From a virus, in IMG/VR virus record IMGVR_UViG_3300037993_001242, positions 64,001-128,000 of that record: a stretch of DNA of 64,000 bases. One strand, given 5' to 3'. Under the pieces are notes generated by a model that was not told the DNA's origin, did no database searches, and saw nothing but the letters and a program-made list of their open reading frames with translations. Below, piece after piece: positions 35,935 through 45,636 of this stretch; positions within the stretch are counted from its first letter, which is position 1; the number at the start of each line of letters is the position of its first letter. The translations under genes and the position numbers were made by a program.

Positions 35935-37563
35935 GTGGCGTATATGGCCAACGCGCCCTTGAATTATTTTCCGCTGCCGGTGCCCCGCAGCAAGCAAATC
36001 AGGAGTCTGGAGTTCATCCAGCGCGCACTGGATTTGAACTACACCGACATTGTTGTCGCCGCGCCCACGGGCATCGGCAAAACCGGGATCGGTGTGGCGG
36101 TCTGCCTCTGGGCGGCGCAGGGCACCGTGCCGAATTACAAAGCGGGCGGCTACTATCTGGTCACCCAAAAGCTTTTGCAGGATCAACTGGAGAACGATTT
36201 CCCGCGCTATTTGGTTCCCCACCGGGACAAGGGCTGCTCACTCAAATCCGCCATCGAATATGAGTGCCCCAAATACACGACTTGCATGGCCGGAAGCCGG
36301 ATGCCCGAAGGACTGCGCTGTCACGAGCGCGCCGCCGGTTTTTGCCTGTATACAATCCAAAAAGAAAGATTTTGCCGTGCGCCGGTGGCCATCACCAACT
36401 ACCCGTACTTTTTTACCGAACGCACATACGTCAAACAACTGGTGCCACGGGCCGTGCTGGTGGCCGACGAGTGCCACACGCTGGAAAAACAAATCCTCAA
36501 CTTCGTGGATGTTCATATCACCCGCGAATCACTGGAGGAATGGACGCCTTTTTTGCGCCCGGTGCCAGCCATGCCCACCATCGAGGAGTTTGCCGTCTGG
36601 CTCAAAACCAAGTACGTCGGCGCGGTTGAAGACCGCCTGTCCATTTTGCAGGAAAACCTGATCACCGACCACGCCAACCAAAAACTCCAGATCGAGTTCA
36701 ACAAGGCTGAAAATCATTTGAACCGGGTCAAGGCCGCCATTGTGGACATCCTGCGGGCACCTGACAACTGGGTGTACTGGCAGGAGGAAAAAGACGGTCA
36801 GTTGGAGAGCATCGCCAAGCCGCTGTTCGCCCAGTCTTTCGTCAAGCCGCTGCTTTTGGAACCGGCGCGCATCCGCATTTACATGTCGGCCTATCCGGGG
36901 CCAAAAAAGGTCTTTTGCCGCAATCTCGGCCTTGATCCGGCCAAAGTCGCCCGCCTCGACCTCAACAGCACATTCCACGTGGAACATCGTCCGATCCATC
37001 TGCTGCTTTGCGGCTCCATGGGCCGCAAAAGCATTGATGAAACGACGCCGCGCCTGCTGCGGGTAGCGGACAAAATTCTGGCGGCGCATCCCAACGAAAA
37101 AGGGCTGATCCACTGTCACAGCTACAAACTGGGCGACACCATCTTCAAGTATTTGAAAACGACCGAGCACGCCAAGCGCATCCTGTACCCGCGCAAAGCC
37201 GACGAGCGCGAGGAAGCTTTCAAAAAGCACACTGGGAACGGCGCGCCGACCGTCCTGCTCAGTCCCTCCATGACCGAAGGTTTCAGCCTCGATGACGATC
37301 TGGCCCGGTTCCAGATCATTGCCAAAATACCTTATCCCAATCTGGGAGACAAACAGGTCGAAGCCAAAAAGGACATCGATCAGGAATGGTATACCCTGCA
37401 AACCATCACTGCCATCGTACAGGCGTGTGGGCGCATCGTGCGCTCCGACACCGACCACGGCGTGACCTACGTGCTCGACGGCGATTTTATGCCCCTGTTT
37501 GAGAAAAATCCTGAGTTCTTTCCGAAGTGGTTCCAAGACGCTTTTGTCTGGCACAACCGATAA
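35935..37563 (+). CDS. DinG/XPD-like SF2 helicase
   Basis: APTGIGKT, Cys cluster, DECH, EGFS, QACGRIVRS. Confidence 0.92.
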   Translation: MAYMANAPLNYFPLPVPRSKQIRSLEFIQRALDLNYTDIVVAAPTGIGKTGIGVAVCLWAAQGTVPNYKAGGYYLVTQKLLQDQLENDFPRYLVPHRDKGCSLKSAIEYECPKYTTCMAGSRMPEGLRCHERAAGFCLYTIQKERFCRAPVAITNYPYFFTERTYVKQLVPRAVLVADECHTLEKQILNFVDVHITRESLEEWTPFLRPVPAMPTIEEFAVWLKTKYVGAVEDRLSILQENLITDHANQKLQIEFNKAENHLNRVKAAIVDILRAPDNWVYWQEEKDGQLESIAKPLFAQSFVKPLLLEPARIRIYMSAYPGPKKVFCRNLGLDPAKVARLDLNSTFHVEHRPIHLLLCGSMGRKSIDETTPRLLRVADKILAAHPNEKGLIHCHSYKLGDTIFKYLKTTEHAKRILYPRKADEREEAFKKHTGNGAPTVLLSPSMTEGFSLDDDLARFQIIAKIPYPNLGDKQVEAKKDIDQEWYTLQTITAIVQACGRIVRSDTDHGVTYVLDGDFMPLFEKNPEFFPKWFQDAFVWHNR

Positions 37564-37568
37564 AACCT

Positions 37569-38090
37569 ATGCAAACCGAACAGGATCAAGTCAAATACCT
37601 AATGTCGCACTCTCAGCAGGAAACACCTGATCGACCGACAGTACCGTCAAAAGCTGTCCGCGTGGGCAGGCTCAAATGGCTGGCCGAAGAATTGTGCGAA
37701 CTGGCCAACGCATGGGGCATTGAATTCGACCTCAACAACACCGGCGGTACAACTGATAATTTCACGGCATGGCCCGCTCCGAAGCCCTTGTTCAAGGAAG
37801 ACTCCGTCGAAGCCATCGTCGAAGCTTACGACGCCAGTCTTGATCTGATTGTTTTTGCCGTCGGCAACGGCGTCGCCATGGGTGCGGACTTGCAGCCCGG
37901 TTGGGATGAAGTCCACCGTTCCAATGTCAGCAAATTTACCGACGGTTGGATGCGCGTGCGCGAAGATGGAAAGTGGATAAAAGGCCCCAACTACAGTGCC
38001 CCTCAGTTGGGCGTCTTAATCAACCGCCAAATCGAAACCGCCAAAGCCAAGGACAAACAGTTACTGCTGGAAAGTCAGCCGCCGACCTGA
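37569..38090 (+). CDS. MazG-like/PRA-PH nucleoside triphosphate pyrophosphohydrolase
   Basis: EELCEL, WDEVHRSNVSK, REDGKWIKGPNY. Confidence 0.85.
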   Translation: MQTEQDQVKYLMSHSQQETPDRPTVPSKAVRVGRLKWLAEELCELANAWGIEFDLNNTGGTTDNFTAWPAPKPLFKEDSVEAIVEAYDASLDLIVFAVGNGVAMGADLQPGWDEVHRSNVSKFTDGWMRVREDGKWIKGPNYSAPQLGVLINRQIETAKAKDKQLLLESQPPT

Positions 38091-38144
38091 CGTATACACG
38101 TGTAGGCTACCGGCAACTCGGACGGCCCGCGTAATTAAGCTGAG

Positions 38145-39014
38145 ATGCTTATGCGAAAAAACCTGCTTGAATTTCTGTTCGGCGAAGTAGCCGTTCGCCA
38201 GACAAGCGCTGATCTTGGCGAAAATATCGTCAAAATCTTCGAGGAAGCGGACGAACTGGAGGCCGTGCAAATGGTCGCCAACAAAAAGCCGCTGGCGGAC
38301 GCGCTCAAGTCCATCGGCATTGGCCAAGCCGTCGAAGCTGGATACCAGATGGCGGAAGTCAAATTTACCGATGCCGAAGCCTATCGGGCCGCCGTCCAGT
38401 TGCTTTCCGAGCCGGAAAACATCCACAAACTGGCCGAACTGGGCTGGGTCGCCACGCGGGGTGACGGCGATATTGCCCAGACCAATGAACCGCCGGAATA
38501 CAAAATGAATTTTGTCGAAATCAGCGTGGCCTCCGAGCTTGACAACAAGCAGGAAGCTCCTGATCTCGAAAAAGTGCTCAAAAAGGGACAGGAGTTTGCC
38601 GCAACCCCCGTGGACAGAGACGATGATCTCAACCCGGTGGACAACACCCGGTCGGACAAGAAGGGCGAAAAACAGGCGGGCGTGGGCAAAGCCAAAGAGG
38701 GCGAAGACCCGGAAGGCAAACCCAAAGGATCAACCAAAAAGACGGAGTCCCGGAAGGCGGCTGAATTGGCCAACGAACTTCTGGAATCACCCGACGTGAG
38801 CGAATGCGTCCTCGGCAGCAAACGCAAGCAAGCTCCCTTTTTTCGCACCGACCATAACCTCGGCAAAAAGAAGAAAAAGGTGAGCGAAACCACCATGGCT
38901 TCCGCCATCGCTCCGGTTGAGACCGGCATGGGCGTCCAAAAAACTTGGAACTCCCGGCTCGCTCGGCTACGCAGACGCCGCGATCCCAAAGGCATTGAAA
39001 AACGCGAAGAATAA
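38145..39014 (+). CDS. Acidic hypothetical protein, probable head/core
   Basis: Internal AAELANELLE motif. Confidence 0.7.
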   Translation: MLMRKNLLEFLFGEVAVRQTSADLGENIVKIFEEADELEAVQMVANKKPLADALKSIGIGQAVEAGYQMAEVKFTDAEAYRAAVQLLSEPENIHKLAELGWVATRGDGDIAQTNEPPEYKMNFVEISVASELDNKQEAPDLEKVLKKGQEFAATPVDRDDDLNPVDNTRSDKKGEKQAGVGKAKEGEDPEGKPKGSTKKTESRKAAELANELLESPDVSECVLGSKRKQAPFFRTDHNLGKKKKKVSETTMASAIAPVETGMGVQKTWNSRLARLRRRRDPKGIEKREE

Positions 39015-39022
39015 CGCCGTCC

Positions 39023-39640
39023 ATGAACACATTTCACGACTACGAAAGCATGGGCTGCGTGGACTTTGACCGCCACAATGCCGTCGTGCTTGAAACGTAT
39101 TCCGGTGTGGACATCATCAAGTGGCACGGGCGTATCACCGATCAGTTGGTCGGGATGGTAGAAGAAGCTGAAAAAGGCCGCAATTTCCCGTATGCCGACA
39201 AAGTCCGGGAATTCCTGAAGGCGTGGCGCGCCAACGAAATCACCGGCTCCATCAACCGCGAAACTCTCGAAATCCTCAAAGCGGCGGCGGACATGCTGGC
39301 CGTGGACAACTGGAATTTCCGTTCCTATTTTTCCAGTCTGGCCACTCAGTTGAAGGTCTTGATTGGCTCCGAAGAGCAGCTTCCTCGCGACGTGGATATG
39401 GCGCAAAACGAGCCGCTGGCCGGTACTGGCGGCGCTGGACGCGGCGCTCCGCCCATGTCACCCACCTTTGGGCCGGAGGGCAAGCCGGAAGACGAAATTC
39501 CACCCGGCGGTGCTGCTCCCGATGAAGGCGGCGCACCCGGCGCAGCGCCTCCCGGTGAAGGCCCCGTCCCACCCGGTGAGGAAGATGAAGAAGAAAAAAA
39601 GAAAAAACTGCCCGGTGAGGAGGCCATTGCCAGTGCATGA
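39023..39640 (+). CDS. Hypothetical protein with Gly/Pro/Glu-rich tail
   Basis: 205 aa, in operon. Confidence 0.7.
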   Translation: MNTFHDYESMGCVDFDRHNAVVLETYSGVDIIKWHGRITDQLVGMVEEAEKGRNFPYADKVREFLKAWRANEITGSINRETLEILKAAADMLAVDNWNFRSYFSSLATQLKVLIGSEEQLPRDVDMAQNEPLAGTGGAGRGAPPMSPTFGPEGKPEDEIPPGGAAPDEGGAPGAAPPGEGPVPPGEEDEEEKKKKLPGEEAIASA

Positions 39641-39933
39641 ACCGCGCTCAACAGTTAGTCCGAAAGCTGGTTGAAGCTGGCCCTGACGAACTTCGCCCCA
39701 AAGGTGAAGTACTGCGCCTTCCTGATCCTGTTCCAGAAATCTATTACGTTGATCCCGAAAACGAAGAGGCTGGTTTAAGCTGGCACAATGATTTGGCCAG
39801 ACAGTTAAATCGTTTATCCGGCTTGACCGAAAGGCTCAAACGCGCCAACCAGAATCAAGACGCAGCCGACCTCGCTGAAATCATCGAGCGCGTTGCTGAG
39901 TTTGAAAATGTGGGCAAGGTTCAGCAACAATGA
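39637..39933 (+). CDS. Tagged hypothetical protein (AQQLVRKLVE-AGPDELRP)
   Basis: ATGA overlap with upstream gene. Confidence 0.7.
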   Translation: MNRAQQLVRKLVEAGPDELRPKGEVLRLPDPVPEIYYVDPENEEAGLSWHNDLARQLNRLSGLTERLKRANQNQDAADLAEIIERVAEFENVGKVQQQ

Positions 39934-40262
39934 CGCGTGCCCAACACATTGTATACGATCTGCTGGAAGCTGACCCGGATGAAGTTGATCCACAGCATTA
40001 CGTAGATGCGGTTTACGGCGAAGTCACCCGTGGCGAAGTTAACGCGATTTCGGCCATGACGGCGAATATGTTTTATCATCGCACCGCCACAACTAGAGAC
40101 GGCAAATCGCCGCTGCGTGCCCGCCGGAATGGCCGAACCAAGACGTGGAAGCGCCAACCGGGCGTTTTTCGCATCCCGGTCAAATATGGCCTGTACGATT
40201 ACTTTTACATCGACAACAACAATGCTGACGAATGGTCAACCATCCCCAATCCGCCCAAATGA
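39930..40262 (+). CDS. Tagged hypothetical protein (AQHIVYDLLE-ADPDEVDP)
   Basis: Cargo RRNGRTKTWKRQP..FRIPVKYGLY. Confidence 0.75.
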   Translation: MTRAQHIVYDLLEADPDEVDPQHYVDAVYGEVTRGEVNAISAMTANMFYHRTATTRDGKSPLRARRNGRTKTWKRQPGVFRIPVKYGLYDYFYIDNNNADEWSTIPNPPK

Positions 40263-40573
40263 AAGCCAAACAGCTAGTCGCCACCCTGCTGGAGCAGCAA
40301 CCCGATCCTGATGCGCTCCCGGCCAAGGCCGAGGCCCATCGGCTGATCGGTCAAACGCTTTACATGCTCGTGCTGTACAGCCAGCGCGACGATATGATCG
40401 CGGTGGATGCGCACAACCTCTCCCTTGAGCAAGTTGGCGTTGAAGTCACCAAATGGCGCGCTAAGGGTATGCCTGCCTTCAGGCAGGAGCAGCAAGAAGC
40501 GCACGATGACTCATTTGAACCGGAGGATTGTCCGCAGTGCGACGAAGAAATAAAACGGATAACACAACAGTAG
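40259..40573 (+). CDS. Tagged hypothetical protein (AKQLVATLLE)
   Basis: ATGA overlap; start MKAKQ. Confidence 0.7.
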   Translation: MKAKQLVATLLEQQPDPDALPAKAEAHRLIGQTLYMLVLYSQRDDMIAVDAHNLSLEQVGVEVTKWRAKGMPAFRQEQQEAHDDSFEPEDCPQCDEEIKRITQQ

Positions 40574-40586
40574 TTAAGGTCAGACT

Positions 40587-41192
40587 ATGAAAACGACACA
40601 GGAAATTGCCCAGACAATTTTGGATCGGCGCAACCGGATGAACCCGGTCATCATGAACGGCGAAATGATCGCCTCACTGGGCGCGGAAGGGATGCAGGAA
40701 GCCCTCCAGCGCCGCTGGCTCGTCCCGGACACCGACACCGGCCACCTGCAAGTTTCCAATGATCTGGCCGCCGTGGAAGAACTGCGCACTGCCGCCGGGA
40801 CACCGGCTCTCAAGCAGGTGGAAAGCGTTGTCGTAGACGCGACCCACAACATTGCCTTGTCCCATGCCCACCGCAATATCGACGAATTGCTGGCTCCCGG
40901 AACCGGCCACGACAACAGCGCCCCTTTCAGGCCGCGAACTCCTAATTCACCGGTTGCCAGTCCGGCTGCTCCAGCAGCCCCTGCTGCCGCCGCTGCACCC
41001 GGCGCTGCACCTGCTGCTGCTGGAATCGGTGACGAAGTGCTGGTCGCCGAAGGTGGTAAAACCTACATGGGCACCATCGGCGCAGTTGGCAACGACGGCA
41101 AATTCAAGCTGACTTTCGGCATGGAGAAACCGCCGATGACTCGCGACTACAGCCCGAACGAATTCAAAGTTACAAAAAAGGCGACGCCTTGA
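40587..41192 (+). CDS. Hypothetical protein with Ala/Pro linker
   Basis: N-terminus MKTTQEIAQTILD. Confidence 0.75.
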   Translation: MKTTQEIAQTILDRRNRMNPVIMNGEMIASLGAEGMQEALQRRWLVPDTDTGHLQVSNDLAAVEELRTAAGTPALKQVESVVVDATHNIALSHAHRNIDELLAPGTGHDNSAPFRPRTPNSPVASPAAPAAPAAAAAPGAAPAAAGIGDEVLVAEGGKTYMGTIGAVGNDGKFKLTFGMEKPPMTRDYSPNEFKVTKKATP

Positions 41193-42263
41193 GTGAACGC
41201 AAAGGACATTGTCATCCTCGTTTGCGAGAAGAAAGCTCCAGCCCCCTACTGGTCGCACACTCGCGGCATCTACGCTGACCTCTCCGAGTGGCCGCGCCAC
41301 ATCGATTACTACGTAAAATGCCCAGAATGCGGTAACGTTCATGGTTTTTACAAAAGCCTCGCTGACGCCCGGAGCAAGCGGCTGTGCCAGAACTGCGATC
41401 ACGACCGCGTTGAAAAGCTCAAAAAGGAAATCGCCAAGGTAACGGAAAACGAACAGCCGCCGGTGCCGTTTGACCCTGATCTCCCAGTCAATCCCAAAGC
41501 CGAAATTAAACGCTATATTGGCGCGGACTGGATCGATCTGGCCAAATGGGAACTTTCAAAAGATTTGGGCGAAGAGCTTGTGTTCGACCCTGACCACTAC
41601 ACAAACAAGGATATAGACCCTGAGCTTCCAGACGATTACGTCAAAGTTACTTTTAAAGCGATTGACAGCGATATAAATTACATCGTATACAAGACCGAAG
41701 GTGACGCCGAGAAAGAAGCGCTGGAAGACCTTAAAAACAGTTTTGAGGATGAACCTGATACCTATTCGGAATGGCTGATTAACTTTATCGACACGGATAA
41801 ACTTCGTGACACACTTATGTCAGACGAAGAAAACATGATCCGGGAGCAATTCGAGGAAGAGCATTCCGATTACGAAGACAAAGCCAAAGCCATGGTTGAA
41901 GCTGGCAAGTTGGATGAAGATTCGTTCTTCAAACTTAATGGTGAATTTCGTAAATTAACACCGCAACGCGAGCGTCTGATTGATCTGGCTGTGGATGAAT
42001 GGGTTGAAGAAAGCGCTAAAGACCGTTTGAGCGATCCGGTTGAGTACATGAAAGAATTGGGTTGGGGTGACAGGACTGAAACCGACCGGTATACAGGTAG
42101 AAAAATTCCTTCCATGTTTGAGCAAATAAAAGACTGGGGTGCGCTGGACTATGAAAAAGCTGCCGAACAGGCCGTTGCGGCTGATGGCTGGCAGCACAGT
42201 CTTTCAAGATATGATGGCAAATCAATTAACCTGCCCGGTGGATCAGTGGCAATAAGAGAATAA
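41193..42263 (+). CDS. Tagged acidic protein with Zn ribbon
   Basis: NAKDIVILVCE; CPECG...CQNC. Confidence 0.75.
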   Translation: MNAKDIVILVCEKKAPAPYWSHTRGIYADLSEWPRHIDYYVKCPECGNVHGFYKSLADARSKRLCQNCDHDRVEKLKKEIAKVTENEQPPVPFDPDLPVNPKAEIKRYIGADWIDLAKWELSKDLGEELVFDPDHYTNKDIDPELPDDYVKVTFKAIDSDINYIVYKTEGDAEKEALEDLKNSFEDEPDTYSEWLINFIDTDKLRDTLMSDEENMIREQFEEEHSDYEDKAKAMVEAGKLDEDSFFKLNGEFRKLTPQRERLIDLAVDEWVEESAKDRLSDPVEYMKELGWGDRTETDRYTGRKIPSMFEQIKDWGALDYEKAAEQAVAADGWQHSLSRYDGKSINLPGGSVAIRE

Positions 42264-42267
42264 ATTT

Positions 42268-42969
42268 ATGGCTACCTTAAAGGATGTCGTCGTGGAAACC
42301 GGTCAAATCCTGATCGACCACCCCCTGTGGTCGGAACTGCGGGAACTGTGGCACACCATCCAATGGCAGCAGGCCCCCAACGATTCTGGCGATGGCGTCG
42401 CCCTGAGTCCGGCGGCTGAGCCTATCGTCCGGCTCCATCCAAACCTCCTCCAAAATCCAAATGCGGGCAAAGCGGTGCTGCGTGAATTTGGGAAGTTCAT
42501 CCTGCGCCGGGGCGGCGACCGCGCTGAGACCATCTGGGACAAAAAGCTCGGCGTTCCTGACGAAGAACACATTGATGAATTTGCCAAAAAGCTCAGTGAC
42601 CCGGAATTGCGCAAGACCTGCAAAACGTACGAAGAACTCCTCCAGAGCTACCCCCAGCGGGGCCACTCCGTCGAACGGCTGATCGCCATCCACATGGCCA
42701 ACGCTTTGATCGCCAATAACATTCCCTATCCTGACAGCGTGGGTGTAAACATTAAGACATGGGGGCCAACCGCTGAGTTCGCCAACCACAAAAAATATCA
42801 TTCGTTGGTGCCCCTGACCTCGGCCTATTGCCCACCGATAATCCATGCAGATTTCGGGACGGCCTTTGCCGAACTGATCATCGACGACCTTCACAGCGTG
42901 CAGGATACGTCCGTGGCTTACGCCCTGAAGGGAGTCATCCGCAACGTGCTCAAACGCGCCGAAGACTAA
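42268..42969 (+). CDS. Hypothetical protein
   Basis: 233-aa ORF in operon. Confidence 0.7.
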   Translation: MATLKDVVVETGQILIDHPLWSELRELWHTIQWQQAPNDSGDGVALSPAAEPIVRLHPNLLQNPNAGKAVLREFGKFILRRGGDRAETIWDKKLGVPDEEHIDEFAKKLSDPELRKTCKTYEELLQSYPQRGHSVERLIAIHMANALIANNIPYPDSVGVNIKTWGPTAEFANHKKYHSLVPLTSAYCPPIIHADFGTAFAELIIDDLHSVQDTSVAYALKGVIRNVLKRAED

Positions 42970-43451
42970 TCCTGATAAATGAGCTTGTCGTCACCGACGT
43001 AAAGGTAAACTTCTCCGTAGTGTCTGGCAGCCTCTTGCAGCCGGTCGCGAGCATCTTCCGGTAAATTATCACGGTCAAAAAATCCGGCTCCATGGCCGTT
43101 TCGGCTTAACCAAAAATCGTGACCTCCTTGCGCAGCCGCGCTCCACTCAACGTTGGTCATGTCGTACAGCGCCAAATCCGCCGCATTTTCCTGCTGAAAG
43201 CGCGCACAATCCTGCATCATCTGATCCACTGTTTCACGGGCAATATCCTTGGTGCTGTAGTTTTTATCGAGAGGTTCGCCGCCGGAAGGAGTGCTTTCGT
43301 CGTTGGTCGACCACAGCGCCGCCTCCATGTAAGCTTTCGTGAAATCGTCCAAATCTTCCCACCACGGCGTAGTTGTCCTGACATACTGCCGTGGATCAAC
43401 TTCGTCCGGGCCAACTTCGAGCAGCCGATTTACCAATTGTTTAGCACGCAC
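42966..43451 (-). CDS. Tagged phage protein (AKQLVNRLLE-VGPDEVDP)
   Basis: Cargo DFTKAYMEAALWS...GHDFWLSRNGHGAGF; TAGTTA-N4-GTG. Confidence 0.8.
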   Translation of the reverse strand: MRAKQLVNRLLEVGPDEVDPRQYVRTTTPWWEDLDDFTKAYMEAALWSTNDESTPSGGEPLDKNYSTKDIARETVDQMMQDCARFQQENAADLALYDMTNVEWSAAAQGGHDFWLSRNGHGAGFFDRDNLPEDARDRLQEAARHYGEVYLYVGDDKLIYQD

Positions 43452-43458
43452 ACCGTAA

Positions 43459-44715
43459 CTATTCTTCGCCGGTGCCCAAAGTCAAAGCATTTGACTTAAC
43501 CCGCTTCGGATTGAACGTGCGCGCCCACTTGATGATGGCTTCCACCGCCTTGTTGAGATGCCAAACCACCTGTTGGGCTTCTTCGGCGGTCTTGTAGACA
43601 TTCGGCCCACGCTTAATGGGAATTTCATCATCTTGGGGATCAGGCGCTTTGGTCGGTTCATCCAAAATCATCTGCTTGATGTCGCCCAGACGCCGGGTGT
43701 TCATGTTTTCCTCGTCCCACAAAACGATGTCGTCAGGATTAACCCGCTTGAGTGTGTCTCGATTTATTTCCAGCGCCAGATTGGTCAGACGCCGACGTTC
43801 AAACTGGCTTGATTTGCGGCTGATCCAGCAGGGTACCGGCACCTTGAACATCAAGTATACATAGACCTTGCCCTGTGTAGTGTTGGACTGCCACTGGTCG
43901 TTGTAGCCGTGGCCTTCGCCGCTGAGGACTTCATCAAATTTTGCGCGATTGGCCCACGCCCATTCATCGTGGCCGTATTTGACGGCGGCGGCATAAGTCA
44001 GCGGAGCCAGCGCGGTGACAAAATCGTCGTCGTAGATCACGTCCACCCGAATGTCGTCTCGCGCCACTTTAGAGGCAAAATATCGGTCAACCTTCTTGGT
44101 GATCTGCTCCATCTGCTCGACACTGCCGATTTGGGACGGTTCGGCGGGCAGTTCCTCCCGACTTTCCCGGCGCAGTTCCTTGTTCATCTGGAGCAGCTTC
44201 GGGTACAGCTTCAAAAAGCTCGTGATGGCTTTCTCGACTTTGGCGTAAATCTGGGCCTGACCGGGCCACTGCCGGAAAAAGCCAAAGACGCGCAGTTTTT
44301 TAACCGAATCCTGATCGGCGATGTCCACGATCTCCTTGAACTTGTACTTGGCTTTTTCCCAGCGCGCTTCCGCTTCCGCCCGTGGCACACCGGAGTAGTA
44401 TTCCTTGCTGAGCGGATGCTGAAAACCATTGACGCGCTCTTCGATGAAGCGCTTTTTGATCTGCTCCAAAGCACGCTTGGACGCTTCCTTGCCTTTGTCC
44501 CCGCCTGCCGCTTGATAAAAAATCCACGAGAGCCATTTTTTGTTGGGGGTGGTATCCGCTGCCAACAGCTTGTTTACGGCTCCCGGTTCGAGCAACGGGC
44601 CATGGCCGAGGGGACGTTCTTCCGGTTGCTCCAAATCAACCTGCGACAGCTTGCCTTGATCGTCGATGATACCGTATTCGCGCAGGACTTTAAATTCAGG
44701 TTCTGAATATGGCAT
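43459..44715 (-). CDS. Large-phage hypothetical protein (ADTTPNKKWLSWI)
   Basis: 418 aa; TAGTTA-N4-ATG. Confidence 0.75.
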   Translation of the reverse strand: MPYSEPEFKVLREYGIIDDQGKLSQVDLEQPEERPLGHGPLLEPGAVNKLLAADTTPNKKWLSWIFYQAAGGDKGKEASKRALEQIKKRFIEERVNGFQHPLSKEYYSGVPRAEAEARWEKAKYKFKEIVDIADQDSVKKLRVFGFFRQWPGQAQIYAKVEKAITSFLKLYPKLLQMNKELRRESREELPAEPSQIGSVEQMEQITKKVDRYFASKVARDDIRVDVIYDDDFVTALAPLTYAAAVKYGHDEWAWANRAKFDEVLSGEGHGYNDQWQSNTTQGKVYVYLMFKVPVPCWISRKSSQFERRRLTNLALEINRDTLKRVNPDDIVLWDEENMNTRRLGDIKQMILDEPTKAPDPQDDEIPIKRGPNVYKTAEEAQQVVWHLNKAVEAIIKWARTFNPKRVKSNALTLGTGEE

Positions 44716-44747
44716 AAATTAACTATTGTTGCCCGCTTATTTAAAGC

Positions 44748-45317
44748 ATGTCAAACCGCAATCGATGGACACTTGAGATTCTCATGAATCATCCCAAGCG
44801 AGATTCGCTGCTGGGAGTAAACACAAAAATACAACAACCGTCAATCGCAAAAGAACCGGAAAAACAAATTTCTGCGCCTGCCCCACAATCTCTCATAGCG
44901 TCAACTGTAAATCATTGTAGCAGATATAGTTTCGTTGTTGCTGCAAATCCAATGGGAAAACCCCGACAAACGCACTCTGACATTTGGAAAAAACGTCCAG
45001 TGGTCATACGCTATCGGAAATACTGCGACCAAATCCGGGCCGCATCTGGAAAACTGCCAGATAATGTATACAGTATCATCGTCTTCGCTTACATCCCAAT
45101 GCCTGAATCATGGCCAAAGAAAAAACGCGCCGAAATGAATGGACAGTTTCACCGGCAAAAACCAGATGTAGACAACATTTGCAAAGGAATTTTAGACGCT
45201 TTATTTAAAGATGATTCCGCCATCGCTGGCTGTTGTGGCTGGAAATTTTGGTGCGAACAGAAGCAGGAACACGCTGAAATTCACGTTCTTTACTTGCAAG
45301 ATGTTCGTTCAATATAA
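44748..45317 (+). CDS. rusA: RusA-like Holliday junction resolvase
   Basis: PMGKPRQT, KPDVDNICKGILDAL..DD. Confidence 0.85.
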   Translation: MSNRNRWTLEILMNHPKRDSLLGVNTKIQQPSIAKEPEKQISAPAPQSLIASTVNHCSRYSFVVAANPMGKPRQTHSDIWKKRPVVIRYRKYCDQIRAASGKLPDNVYSIIVFAYIPMPESWPKKKRAEMNGQFHRQKPDVDNICKGILDALFKDDSAIAGCCGWKFWCEQKQEHAEIHVLYLQDVRSI

Positions 45318-45636
45318 ATTCATCGACCCAAACCATCACGTCGCCCTGCAATCGTGCGTCCGCAACCATCCGGTCGTGACCGCGTCGCTTCTGGCCCGGC
45401 TTTACAGCGCAGCGCTGGCCTGCGTGGAAAAGCCCGGCGGCGAAACGGGCCTGCTGGTTTCTCACATCAACGCGGGCACTTACCAGATTGGTACCGCCAC
45501 AGACGAAAAAACCGGCATATACGTCCAACTGGCCAAAATGAAAGACCGGCCCAGCCACCTGCTGACTGCCGGTCAAAAATGGGCGGTGGAACGCGACAAT
45601 GCGGTTCAAGGCAACACATCCACCCTGCTGTGGTGA
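45301..45636 (+). CDS. Hypothetical protein
   Basis: Start MFVQYKF. Confidence 0.55.
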   Translation: MFVQYKFIDPNHHVALQSCVRNHPVVTASLLARLYSAALACVEKPGGETGLLVSHINAGTYQIGTATDEKTGIYVQLAKMKDRPSHLLTAGQKWAVERDNAVQGNTSTLLW